DNA from: Vitrella brassicaformis CCMP3155
Lineage: Eukaryota; Protista; Chromerida
Length of the DNA stretch: 64,000 nucleotides
Assembly: GCA_001179505.1 (NCBI GenBank)
Contig: CDMY01000770.1
Coordinates: 1 to 64,000 of the forward strand
Direction of reading: 5' to 3'
Shown: positions 26,454 to 38,458 of the stretch, piece after piece
Position numbering within the stretch: position 1 is the stretch's first letter
Layout: each line of letters starts with the position of its first letter
Notes under the pieces: model-generated
What the model saw: the letters and a program-made list of their open reading frames with translations, nothing else
Database searches by the model: none
What the model was told of the DNA's origin: nothing
Translations under genes and position numbers: made by a program

Positions 26454-26610
26454 TCTTTGAACAGATCCGCCGAAAACACACAATCAGAAAGCCTGCTGCA
26501 CTCGTGCCATTCAAGATCTGCGCAAGTCTTGTTGGGAAAGGAGAGGAGCTCTGATCGCCTCTGAGCTCGCGCATTGCCAGGCGGTTTTGTGTGCTGGGAG
26601 CTATAGGGGC

Positions 26611-29524
26611 ATGGAGGAGCTGCCGGAATTGACCATCGTCGTAAGGAACAGCTGCATCCATCCACGGGCAGGCGCCACCATGATGTGGAAGCTGCCCGTG
26701 TGGTGCGTTTCGCTTGTTTTCTGCATGCAGGTCCGACAGGAAGGCCACGAGGATGCACACTTCAGCCTCAAGTGAGCCCGCACACGCGAACGCATCGCCG
26801 CCAAAGTGCATTCATGTTTTCTTTTTCGCAGGCCCACTGATAGCATGGAGAAGCTGATGCAGGGGTACCGTGCGCACTGTGCACTCCCTGACCATGACGA
26901 GGATGAGCCCATCTTGTTCGTGTGAGCAAGCACTTGGGGCTGAAATCATGTGCATCCCTCTGACGCACTATGCCCGTGTGTGTGGGTGCGTGTCAGGTTT
27001 CGGGTGAACGGCATGCTCGTGTGTGGCTCGGACACACCTGCTTTGCTCAAGCTGCGGGACGGCGATGTCATCGTTGCTACCCTAGGTACACACGCGTCAT
27101 GGCTGACTGCACGTGGTGGTTGGATGGGCCCTGTTCTGGTGTGTGTGTGTGTGCAGAGGGGCGTCGTAGGATGCTTCTTAGGTCGCGTGCTAGGGAGCAC
27201 AGAGCAGACAGGATTATCAGAGGGCGCATCCTGGTAAGGAGGCGACACACAGGCCAGTGCAATGAACGTCGGACAATGGAACACATCTTTCGTGCCCCCT
27301 TTTTCTCCCACGTCAGCGTGCTGCCCCTCCCCCCTCTCTGCCAGCGTTGCCTCCCGAGGTCCTCGGCGAGCTGTCTGAGACCCTTCTCACTAATGAGGCC
27401 CTCCACCTCTCGACCCTCTCATTCGGCATGCGAGCCGCCCTGTCCGAGCCATCCATCTATCGCCATCTCACCGTCACCCCCGACACTCATTCGACATGGC
27501 GCAAGGCCGGCAAGGAGACCATGGACGCACTGAAGCGTGACAAGCTGTGTCGGCTTCGGACGGCGAACATCATGACCGGTCACGACGTGTACGAGTCTCG
27601 GCTGCGTCGTCGTGAGAAGGCTGCCGGGAGCACTCATGACGAGCGGCCGTGTGAGATCGACTACGAGGAGATGGGTATCGATCCCGATAGCGACGACGAC
27701 GCCAGCGACTATCCCTTCGCGCAGTACAACCGGGCCCTCCGTCGCCGGGCCAAGTACGCGAGCATCCTCGAGGCTTCGCGGGCGTCTCTAAGGGAGATCA
27801 GCCTGCAAGACGAGGTGTACTTCCCCATCAAAGACCGCCCGGCAGATGTCGCAGTGGCCGATGACGACCAATTCTGCTCATTCGACAAGACGGAGCGGGT
27901 GGTCATCGCGGGGGTTCTGTGGGATGGCTGCGCGTACGCCCGTAGATGGCGTTTCCCCGCCCTCAAGTCCTTCAGCGTCTGCGACGACGAGTCAAGGATC
28001 ACCTCGCTGGCCATTTCAGACCTGGACCACCGATATATTGAGTCGTGGGTGTCCGGCTGCAGTCTAGCCTATCTCGATGTGCCCAACCTGGAAGCCCCGT
28101 CCATGCTGCGTGTCCTCCGCTCACTGAGCAGCGTTCGGCAGTTGACCGCCTTCGGGGTGCTCGAGATGGGTGATCCGGTGGAGGTGACGGAGGTGGGGGA
28201 GTGGCTAGAGGAACAGGGCGTGGGAGGGGGCAAGGGCCGGGTCGAAGCCGTCTTGTGTCGCTTCAACATCGAGCCTAGCCTCTACTTGGCCAACGCAAGC
28301 GCCCTGTCGGGTCTAATCGGCCGTGTGGCCGGCGAAGGCATCTCTCCCGACCCAGCCGATGCCATCGTGGCCATTCTTCCCCCCAACCCGTCTCACGGTG
28401 ACCCCAATGACCCCCCTCCATCACAACCCCGCAATCGCTACCCCATCGCCCAGCACCTCTTTGAGGTCCCCGCCGGTGACCCCATTGCCCACGACACACC
28501 GCATCTCTTCGACCGGTCGCACAGCCGAGGGGTCAAGAAGCGACCCTTCACCGTGGCTCTCGATCGGCCCGAGTTCGTCGACGACATGCTTCGGGTCGAC
28601 TGGAGGCGGTCCGATGCTCTCGGGCTGCGGATCGCGCAGGAGCTGGCGAGGCATTCGCGTCGCTTGGACATTACTCCAGTAGGAGAGGGCGACGTGGCGA
28701 GGGATGTGATGCAGAAGGGCACATTTGGCGGCTTTGTGTTTGAGAGCGTCACAAGCCTGACGATCACGGGACAACACGAGGGCGGCACGGAGTACATCTT
28801 GCCTGCGATGCCTCCCCTGCCATCTTCCCCCGCCCCCAGCTGTCCGTCCCCATCCCCTTCGGCCCGCTTCCCGCGCATCCACGAGCTGCACCTTTTTTGC
28901 CCGGTGGAGCACATGCTTTCTGACCAGGGCGGCCTGCAGCCGATTCTGCATGAGGTGCGAGGGCGGATCCGGTCTCTGCACGTGACGCAGCGTGACGTGC
29001 TCGCCCATGCAGCCGATGCGAACTGGCACGGGCTGCCCGTGGCGCTCGCGTCGGTGATGCTGCGGTGCCTGAAGGCCGTCCATTCGCCGGCGCTGGAGTC
29101 CTTGGAGCACAGTTTTGAGGCCATGGATGCCTTGGAGCACAGTCCTTTCTACCTTCCCTTCTATCGCCGGTCGCCCATCTACCAGCTGTATATGACCCCA
29201 TCGCTCGTCGCGGAGCTGCCCCCCATCCCCTCCCTCAAGCTAGAGATGCCATACTCCGTCTTCGACAGCTCCGGGAAGATCCAGCTCGATCTCATCCTGG
29301 CTGTCGTCAGCAAGACCCCCGGCCTCAGACGCGTCGAGTTCATTGAAAAGCGTCTAGTGACATGGACATCGCCGGAGGGCTACTTGGCCATTGGGCCGAG
29401 CAAGGACAGGTACCCGAGCTACCTGGCCACCACGGCGGTGGATGAGGCACTGGCTGCTGCCGGATCCCCCTTTGTGGTCTCACCAGGCGTGCAGCCGGAA
29501 TGGAGCCTGGTGTTGGAGAGATGA
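26611..29524 (+). CDS. SUMO-like (Rad60-SLD type) domain fused to an F-box-like motif and a long orphan domain
   Basis: Exons 26611-26640, 26731-26771, 26832-26921, 26997-27085, 27157-27233 and 27317-29524 splice in frame: LTIVVRQEGHEDAHFSLKPTDSMEKLMQGYRAHC..FVFRVNGMLVCGSDTPALLKLRDGDVIVATL..LPPEVLGELSETLLTNEALHLSTLS..IYRHL. Confidence 0.7.
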
Positions 29525-30062
29525 TGTCAGGACGAATAGACGGGGCTGTGCGCATAGACAGGGTGTGGTTGGCTGGGGTCGTATGTGGGTGTGGGTGTGG
29601 GTGCGATGGCAGTGTGAGAGTGGCTCAGCCTGCTTGTTTGTTCACCTGTGATATGTATAGAGGTTGCTTGTAGATATCTGCCGACAACGAGATGAGAAAG
29701 AGTGAAGCATTGCTGCTATCAAGCGGCCAATTCGATGAGTTCTGATCATCACCAAGCCACGATCGCTAGCTAAGCTTGCGCGGAGGAATCCTCAGGCTGT
29801 TCCTCCTTTTCATCCTTTTTGCTGGAGGTGAACAAGGACGAGCCGCGATGAGTGTTCGTGGCTCCACCACAGCGACGACGGCATACCATGCCTTTGCAAA
29901 TAGGCCCCAGGTGGTTGGGCCGCGGAGAAAATACCGATGGGAAGACTCTACACAAGAAGTGCTGGGGTAAGAGGACACGAGGCTCAGCACACAAAGGGGC
30001 AGCGTCTGGAGCAGTACCTGATTCATGTCTGCTTCAGCACCAGGGGCACGATCCCTTCTGGA

Positions 30063-31921
30063 ATGGCAGCCCCGACGAAGGCTGCCTCAGGGTCAGGAGC
30101 GAGGGCGATGAAAGGCGTCGCAATGATGTGGAGCCAACGCGTTCACCGTGGTCCGCCTGCAAGTGTGCTCTCTTACTCGAAGGATCCCTCTCGGGTGGAC
30201 CCCGCCACCATTGCAAGAGAGGCCGAGAAGAGGCGGGAGGAGGCGAGACAGGCAAAGAAGAGATTGGCGGCGAGGAGCAAGAAGGCAGAGAAGTCGCCCT
30301 TTGCCACGCCCATGCCCGACCCTCCCCGATTCCCAGTTGACCTTATGCCTCACCTGGTCAACAGACAGATCAGTCGAAACAGATGAGGCACTCGGACATC
30401 TTCATGGGATGGATGACTGTTTGATGTCTTGTGCAGGTTGAGCAGACGCCTCGTGCCGTTCACAGGGACAATGTCACGCAGATTGATGAGTTTCTGCCTC
30501 AGCCTCCAGCGCAGCCATACCGGCCAGCCAAGACGGGCATCGACAACTCGACACAAAGTGAGCTCAAGACGATTCAATTTCTGTGGGGATCGACTTGTCC
30601 ATGTCTCGGTTGTCTGGCTTCGTCTGTGGTGTGCAGTAAAGCCGACTGACCTGTTTCATTTTGACCGTGAGGTTGAGCCAATTCTGGACGTGATCATCAA
30701 CAAGACACTCGAGCAGGCCCAGACAGAGGTGAGCAAAGGAGACAGAGAGACACCGCGTGGCAATGCATTTGTATCATTTTTTACCCACATTCAGGTGGAG
30801 GAAGAGGAGGAGATGAAATCGCTGCTCATCTACAAGGAGGAGTGGCGGGAGCGCAAGGTCGCTGTGCTCAAGGAGCAGCAGAAAGAGGTCGAAAGGGAGA
30901 GAAAACGGATGGAGGAAAAGAACAAACTCATGGACGCAAACCGAAAGAGGTAATTCTACCTTCCCAATCATACGTCACGTTTGATGGGGCGTGTCTTTGT
31001 CTCCAGGGTGGCGCGGGAGAAGGAGGCGATGCGCAAGGTCGAGGCCCTGGAGATCAGCAACCGCTACCTCCGTGACCTGGCGGACACCGCCCTCACCTCG
31101 CTGGCAAAGGTACGAGGCCCCACCATGGAGCCAGTTCATGTCTGTGTGTGTGTGTGGTGATCGCAGAGTGGTGCCTTCCCTGACCCAGTGGAGATTGTCA
31201 TTGAGCAGACATTCCTCCCGTGGGTCGTTGAGGAATGCGAAAGGCATTATGAAACCCTCCGGGCAAGCCACACACTCATGCAGAGACGTGGCCATTCGTG
31301 CGGCAAACCTTTTGCTGTCGCTCTTGTTCAGGTGGCTGACACATGTGTGGCCAACGCCATTGAGTCGGCCATGGAAGAGTCCCTGAGAAGGACAGAAGCG
31401 TCCCGGCAGGAGCAGGTCAAGATCTTCGAGGACTTCTGCACACACGAGAGAGACAGGAGGGACATTCCAAGGGGCAACATGCGAATCAAGGTCAAGACGG
31501 AGTCTGGCGAGACAGTTGTTATCGGCCCGGTGAAGGTGCACGCCGATGAGCCCATGAGCGACGTGAACCTTCGCGTGATGGACTGGATCAATACCAACCA
31601 ACCAGAACTCGCCGAGGCCTTCCCTCATGGCGTCATTCTCAATATCGACGACAAGCCTGCTGAGGTAAGCAACGCAGCGCCCCTCCGTGCACATGCCCTT
31701 TCATTTGCCCATCAACTCAGGAAACGAACGCTCTGTTCGCGACTGAGCCAGGTCAGCTGTGGCTGTCGGCGGCGCCCGAGCCTCCGCCACCACCCATCCA
31801 AGAGGAAGAAGCTGAGCCCGTGGAGGGCAAGGGCGAGGGCGAGAGGGAGGGGGAGGGTGAGGGTGTAGAGGGGCGGGACAAGCAAGGGGAGGAAGAAGAC
31901 AAAGGCGACGAGGAACAGTAG
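30063..31921 (+). CDS. RSPH3: Radial spoke head protein 3 with an extra C-terminal domain and acidic tail; multi-exon
   Basis: RSP3 core: QIDEFLPQPP..PAKTGIDNSTQ..LFHFDREVEPILDVIINKTLEQAQTEVEEEEEM, followed by a coiled coil and VEIVIEQTFLPWV. Start uncertain (ATG 30063, or 29937 with an intron). Confidence 0.85.
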
Positions 31922-32066
31922 ATCGTGCACTCGTATATGTACATGTATTGTGTGCGTGTGTACAACTCTCACGGATTGCCAAACAGTCACAGCTCTCTGC
32001 AGTCTTGTTGTCTCCCGCTTCTGATTGATTGATTGATTCACACACACTGCATATTGTGAATCAACG

Positions 32067-33241
32067 ATGATGAGTGACACTGGTGGCGTCGCTGCCGACC
32101 AGCAGCAACAGCAGCAGCAGCAGGGTCGTGTGGCGCTGGTGTCGCCACGCCGACAGCACGGCAAGATCAAGACCAACCTGCTCAATCTCAACTACACCTT
32201 CAAAGGTAACCACACACGTGCACGGCAGAGACACACTACTGACAAGCAACGTGTCCATGTCTGTTATGTGATTTGTGTGTTGGATGCAGTGTTGGGTGCT
32301 GGCAACGCGTGTGACTTTGTGCTGCTCAAGAACGACGGCCATCCGTACGACATCCGATTCGCCATCGTCGCGTCACACGACATCAAGTAAAGAAGTGAAC
32401 TGACACAGAGAGACACACACACAGCGTGGATGCCTGTCTCGCTTTCTCACTGTGTGTGTGTCAGTGTTGGCAACGTCGAGAAGAACATCGCCCGCATCAC
32501 GTCTCCCGAGATGTGCAGAGGAACCAATGCGTCAGTGACACACACACAGAGAGAGATACACAGAATCCGCGCATCTGTCTGTCGATTGTGTGTGTCTTTG
32601 TCAGTTCGTATGTGCTGTGTCTGTTGAGTGCGTCTGAGTTTCACACATTCCAGACGGCACTCGCCGAGACGCCACTCGCCAAGCTGCCCAACCCCATCCC
32701 AGTCAAAAATGAGCACGACGCCACACAGAGGATGCTCTCACTCGCCAGTCCCGCTGTTAGACGGCACCACACACTGACATCCACCATCCACTGATGTGTG
32801 TGTGTGTGTGTGTGTGTCAGCCGTTGCTGCCCTCTGTGATTCGCGACATTTCGCCGTCTCAGTCCGTGCTGCAGCATCTGTTGGATGGCCATCTGTCGAG
32901 CGGTGCGCTCGTGTGTCGGTTCCTCTCTCACATTGGCGGGCTGCGTGCCATCGACATCGACAGCCTGCTGCACGTTGGCAGCCTCCAGACCATCGCGCAG
33001 TCGAGTGCGAGGGAGACACTCATAAACAAGACGGCACTCGACAGTGACAAAGCCAAGAAGGCGAGAGCAGGACGATGGACACTAATGGGGTCAGGGAGAT
33101 GCACCTCTGTGTGTGTGTTGTGTGTATGTGTATACCAAGCAGGTCGAGACATTCATGGGCAGCATACCGTTCATCGACGACACGGAGGACAGCCAAGAGC
33201 AGCAGCAGCAGCCACACGACGGCATGAACACTTGTACATAA
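32067..33241 (+). CDS. ERCC1/FAAP24-like non-catalytic XPF-family subunit (central domain plus HhH2); multi-exon
   Basis: ALVSPRRQHG..CDFVLL resembles the start of the ERCC1 central domain. The C-terminal LSHIGGLRAIDIDSLLHVGSLQTIAQSSARETLINKTALDSDKAKKVETFMGSIPF matches the ERCC1 HhH2 pattern (L..V..V...D...LL..FGSL..L..AS.E.L...GLG..KA..L...F..PF). Confidence 0.6.
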
Positions 33242-33431
33242 ATGCGGGGATGCAAAAGACAGAGAGACCGACTGTGATGGATGATGCGGATTGAATCGCA
33301 TGATTATTCATGACTATGTCCGACAAGTGACACATGTCTGTCATACACCCATTCACCCCACCCAACATCCATCCATATGACTGTACACAAAGTGCCTTGA
33401 CATGCATCCAGCCGTCATTCATTCAATAAGT

Positions 33432-33918
33432 TCATTTCTTCTCTCGTATGAGGTTCTTCTGCGTGTCGATGTCCAGGATGCGCTGCATCAGCTGGTGCCC
33501 GTACCCATACAGCGACAGATTCACATCGTGCTCACCGCCACCCGACGCTTCACCTGATCACACCACACCACACACACACACTCAGGCACAGCCAACCGAA
33601 CTGATGTCTGCCCATCTCTCTCTCTCTCTCGCTTACTGTGGACGATTCGCAGCCGCTCTTTCTGTTGGTCCTTGGGCGGCGGCTGCGTCATGAACTCCAG
33701 CTTGGGGTTCCAGTAGCGCAGCGTAGGCAAGAAATACGTTGTGAAGTCACTGCAAACACACACACGCAACACCAGAAGGATCATCTCCATGAATTCTCGA
33801 TACGATGCACTCACTTTGCCACTTTGTTTGAGTCTTTGGCGAAGATCTGCAGCTTCTCGATGGTCAGCAGGGGGGTCGGCGTCCCAAGCACGACGCGCTC
33901 AAGCCGCCGAGTGGACAT
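33432..33918 (-). CDS. Mitochondrial ribosomal protein of the L51/S25/CI-B8 fold (mL61/mS25-like); 3 exons
   Basis: Spliced product MSTRRLERVVLG..IEKLQIFAKDS..DFTTYFLPTLRYWNPKLEF..LRIVH..HDVNLS..HQLMQRILDID..KK*. The F-LP-L-Y-NP-x-x-F motif is typical of this fold. Confidence 0.65.
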
Positions 33919-34498
33919 CAGCCTGGACAGTCAGATCTGGACTCGGCTCGGGCAAAAAGGTGCTGCATTCATCGAGACGTCATGCACAGGCAGCCTTGCT
34001 TGGACCTTCTTTGCCCCTTCTTGGAGCACATCATCGTGGATCGCCAATTAGCTCGCAGAAGCGCGAGGAGGGAAAAAGGCGCAGAAGGTAAGGAAGCGCC
34101 AGGGGATGACAGATGGACGACAATCTGTCTGTTGTTCGTCAATATGTGTTGGTTTCGTGTTGCAGTTGGCATTGTTATGTTGACGCTGGCCCAGTGCATG
34201 AGCCTGTCGCTTCTGTACGTAGCCAGCCAGTCGGTGCACGTTCCCAAGATTGGCGTCGCCAGCGCACGAGGAGCCGCCGCATCGTCCCGACGACCCGCGA
34301 GTTTCGTCCCCTGGAGGAGTCTGCCGACGTCGCTGGATCACTCCTCTGCAAGGGTGGGTGGTCACGATTAACGCGGACCCATCAGTGCAGGCTGCCGAGG
34401 CCTCCGGGCTTCTGGCAGGGTCTGAGCGAGCCGGGGTCGCTCGTCGAGGGGGAGGGGGTGGTCAGGCAGCCTGCTTGAAGGGGTGGATAGCTTGGTGG

Positions 34499-35931
34499 AT
34501 GACTGTCATTGGCTGCACCGCACTTCTGACGGTCGCCCTCTTCTTTCTGTTTTTCAACCAGCAACTGGCGTCGAGGCAGCAGCAGGCCACCATGCACCAA
34601 CGCGCCACGGAGCCCCAGAGTGACACCAATGTCGTGGTGGCGTATGTCACAAGTGAGTGGGCACGCCACACAGAGAGGCGGGAATCGTGGCTGTATTATG
34701 ATGGTTGTGTGTGAAAATGTGTGTGTGATGTAGCGCCCAACTCGGATGTGGCCAAGGGGATAGCGTCCAACCTGCTCAAGCACAAGCTGGTGGCGTGCTG
34801 CAACATACTACCCGCCGTCAGATCCATGTACGCATCGCATTCCATGTTCGCATCTTGGCCAACACTGCTGTTGGTTGGTGCTGGTTCATTCAGGTACTTC
34901 TGGGACGGCGAAGTCAAGGACGACCCGGAGGAGCTCATGCTCATCAAGACACACAAGTCCCTAGCCAAGAAGGTACCCCAACCATACATGGCACCCGCAC
35001 ACCATGTTGTCTCTCATCGTTGGTGTATTGCGTTGCGTGTGCAGGTGTCCGATGCAATTGTTCGGCTGCACCCGTATGAGGTGCCGGAGGTCATATTCGC
35101 GCCCATCGTGGAGGGCCACCCGGCCTATCTGTCGTGGGTCGCCGACGAAACACACGACAAAGTCAGCACGCAGACAACAACAGCACACATGGAAGTCATT
35201 GCATGTTTTTCGTGTGTGCAGACTGCTCATATGGATCAAGTAGACGAGGCGATCAGAACTATGCCGCATCTGGGGGTGAGCGATCAGCCAGCACACGGAG
35301 AATGCCGCGGGCTGGATGTATTGCGTCCACATCCGTGTGCAGGAGGATGGCAAGGAACTGCCGGAGGTGGACGCACTGTCGACCGAGAAGCCCCACGTAG
35401 ACCTCAAATCGAGTAACCTGCGCGCACGTGCGACCGACGCTCGTACGACTGTTCTCTCCCTGCCTGTCTGCCTTTGCTGTGTGTTGGCGTCCATAGATGG
35501 GATGGTGGTGGTCAAGATGAAATCCAACCCCACCACCGGATATACGTGGGAGGTGAGAACCGATAGACAGACAGGCAGACAGACTACTGGCAGAGGGTGC
35601 ATGGATGGCCGGCCGATACTGTTTGTCCATTCAGGTGTCTGAGTCGGCGGATTGCGTGTCGGTAGTCAAGCAGGGCTTCATGCGGCCGTCGAGCAAGCTC
35701 ATGGGCGCGTCGGGCGTGCAGGAGTACGTCATCAAGGCGGCCAAACCGGGGGACTGCGCATACACATTCAGGTCGGTCTGCTAAGCGACACGTGCTGCCG
35801 ATGTTCACACAGCCGATGTGATGCTGGCTGTGGTGTGTGTGTGTGTATGTATCAGTGACGTCAAGCACCTGGGGAACGGGCAGAAGGAGGTTGGCAAGAC
35901 GGCCCGTGTGACATTCACCGTCGAAGGGTAG
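34499..35931 (+). CDS. CUTA: Signal-anchored CutA divalent-cation tolerance domain fused to a C-terminal chagasin-like (I42/ICP) cysteine-protease inhibitor domain
   Basis: Nine exons splice in frame: 34499-34652, 34734-34827, 34894-34972, 35045-35161, 35222-35275, 35343-35412, 35497-35552, 35635-35771 and 35856-35931. CutA motifs: VVAYVTTPN..LVACCNILP..SMYFWDGEV..EELMLIKT..LHPYEVPEVI..YLSWV. Chagasin motifs: VKMKSNPTTGYTWE..LMGASGVQEYVIKA.KPG. The true start may lie upstream (34113-34499). Confidence 0.8.
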
Positions 35932-36533
35932 TCAGTCAGTGAGTGAGTGAGTCGCGACGGCCGGCCGTGTAGCTGCCAGGGGGAGACTCACTCGGCCCTC
36001 GGGTGTGTATGATAGCTATACATATTGGTACGGATGGATTGGCCTGTCGGTCGGTCTGCATCGACGGCTGCCACTGCAGCGGTTGATTGGGGGTCTTACT
36101 CTGAGTGTGAGAGTGACACTCAGTGAACACGCAAACTTTCCTGCAGACTGGTGGACGTGTGTCTGTGGGTCTGTGTCTGTGTCTGAATGTGCCTGAGGCT
36201 CAGGACATATCCGCGCCATGTAAAGTCCATCAGAGTTCATTGCAGCTTAGCTCGACGTGTTGACAATTGATCAAAGCCGGCAATGGTTGCCATGGTCGGT
36301 GAGGGGATGGTGCATGGACGGTGGGTATGTCTGTCTGTCGTGTGACTGCTCGGCATGTGAGGCCCTGGGTGTGGACGCCCGATGCATGGGTGAGCGGACG
36401 CTGGGAAAAACACGTAGATATTCCTCAACAAATCACCACTCATACTCAACTTGTCGACGCCAGAATGCACCGTGCAAGCCACCGTGCAAGCAGACATTCG
36501 GTCTGTCCGCCACCCAGCCATCCATCCATCCAT

Positions 36534-38057
36534 CTATGCCTCCTCCTCAACGTGGGGGCTTATCAGCTCGGACACCGCATGTGCAGTGGCCGTGATGAGC
36601 GACGTGCGGGGCTGCGATGAGATGTCCTCCACCATCTCTGTGTACGCCACACCCCACACACTCGGACACCTCACTACCTGATTAACGAATTGGCGAGACA
36701 CATACACACAGAGGTGAAAGCGCAACACACGGAGACTGACCAGCGGCAATTCGCCCTTGACAGGTGCGGCCACAGCGCCAGAAAACGACACAACACGGCC
36801 CCTTTCCTCATCTGATCACACACACACACACACAGGCAGGCAGGCAGGCAGGCAGAGACAGTCATTGCAAAGGCGCCCATGTGATGCCAACACAGCTAGC
36901 CGGCGTCACCTGCCACAAATACATTCCCCTGGCTGTCTGTCGCGATGTCTGTCGGCTTCCTGACGGCGGTCGATATCCTTATCGGGTTCCCTGGCCACAT
37001 TCAACCACCCCACAAATGCAATGGAACGGCGTCTCGTGTGCTGGTTTGGTTACCGCCGTCTTTCTTCATGGCATAGATGGCCCCACCGAAGCCTGGACGA
37101 GCAGCGGGACTCCGCTGCAATCAGCACAAGGAGGAACAATCAAACGGGCGAAGGAAGCAGCCCCGTTTGATGTGTGGCACTGACTGCAGTCGTGTAGTAG
37201 ACGTGTGCGCCGTCCGCAGCGACACCCAATACAGGCTCCTTCGTTCGAGCCAATACCTGCCAGATGAGTGCATTTCCAGGCGGAAGACACACACACACGA
37301 GAAACCTGATACCTTAACTTGCCCAGAGTTCTCAGGCTTCTCAGGCGCCTTGACGACGGAGAAGTCCTGTTGGTCGTTGCCCCACACTAGTGAGATGCTG
37401 TCATGGGCCAACCCACGAGGCGCCATCACCTTGGCGCCAGCACCCGCATACAAACTTGCCGGCGGCTCGCCCGCAGACATCATCTCCACCGTCATATACT
37501 GACCACACACATACACACAGACGCCCATCCCATTCCATACAATTCTGAGTCCATTCATGGAAGGGATCCCACGCTCGCCTGCAGTGCGTTTTTTCCCTCT
37601 GCGTTGAAGTAGAGAGAGCCCTGGTGGTCGACGGCAATGTAGCGGACGGACACTCCAGATGCAACGGTGGTTGGGATGCGGTCACATAAGAGATCTGATC
37701 CGTGGACGAACGCCTTGTACTGAAGGATCTTGGACAGGCCGCTGTCCGCCACATAGAGCCGGCCCCTCTCTGCGTCTACAGCAACTCCCCGAGGGCTCAC
37801 GAGGCCGTCCTCTGATCTCAGCAGATTGAAAGTGGACAAACCCTGACGCACACCCACCAAAGCTCACGCTTTTGATTGTGGTGCCTTTGTGTGTACAGTA
37901 CATGTTCATCGCCGAATGAATCGAGTTTGACGAACGAAACGGTCCCTTCGGATGCCGATGAGAGGACGAGAAAGCGGTGGATGGGAGGGCTGGAGCGTTT
38001 GGCAAAGGCACTCCATGGCAGAAGGATGCCAAGGCACAGCAGCAAGAAGCCTTTCAT
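36534..38057 (-). CDS. Secreted NHL/YWTD-type beta-propeller protein; multi-exon
   Basis: Signal peptide MKGFLLLCLGILLPWSAFA. Repeats LVSPRGVAVDAERGRLYVADSG, VRYIAVDHQGSLYF, VMAPRGLAHD and VRKPTDIATDSQGNVFVA. Confidence 0.7.
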
Positions 38058-38276
38058 ACCCTCAAATGAAGGGTTTACACGCGAATGTAAACAGAGTTTC
38101 CCCGCCTGCCGGTCTGTCACCATAAAATGGGCTCACCGACCAGAACAACTGGAACAGAAGCGAGGGTGCCCTCAGGGCGTCACACACACAGAACGCAGCA
38201 AAGACCACTTCATCGTCACGACCAACTAAGAGACAGTTGTTTTGGGAGCAGACAGACTAGCAGATAAGCAACCAGC

Positions 38277-38423
38277 TCAGAGGTCTTCCCTCCACCCTTC
38301 TATGATGCGTATGGCACTTTGCGTCAGCACAACCGCGAAGTTAAGACGCTTGTCGTCGGTAACATCAGGATCGCCTGAAATGCTCTCGCCGCAAGCATTG
38401 TCCATCGGCTCGATCCACATGCC

Positions 38424-38458
<35 letters not shown>

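Noticed and set aside
25744-26811. 355-aa single ORF as an intact gene
   Set aside because: It reads through introns and the promoter. Only parts are GSS exons, and the real start is in another frame at 26453.
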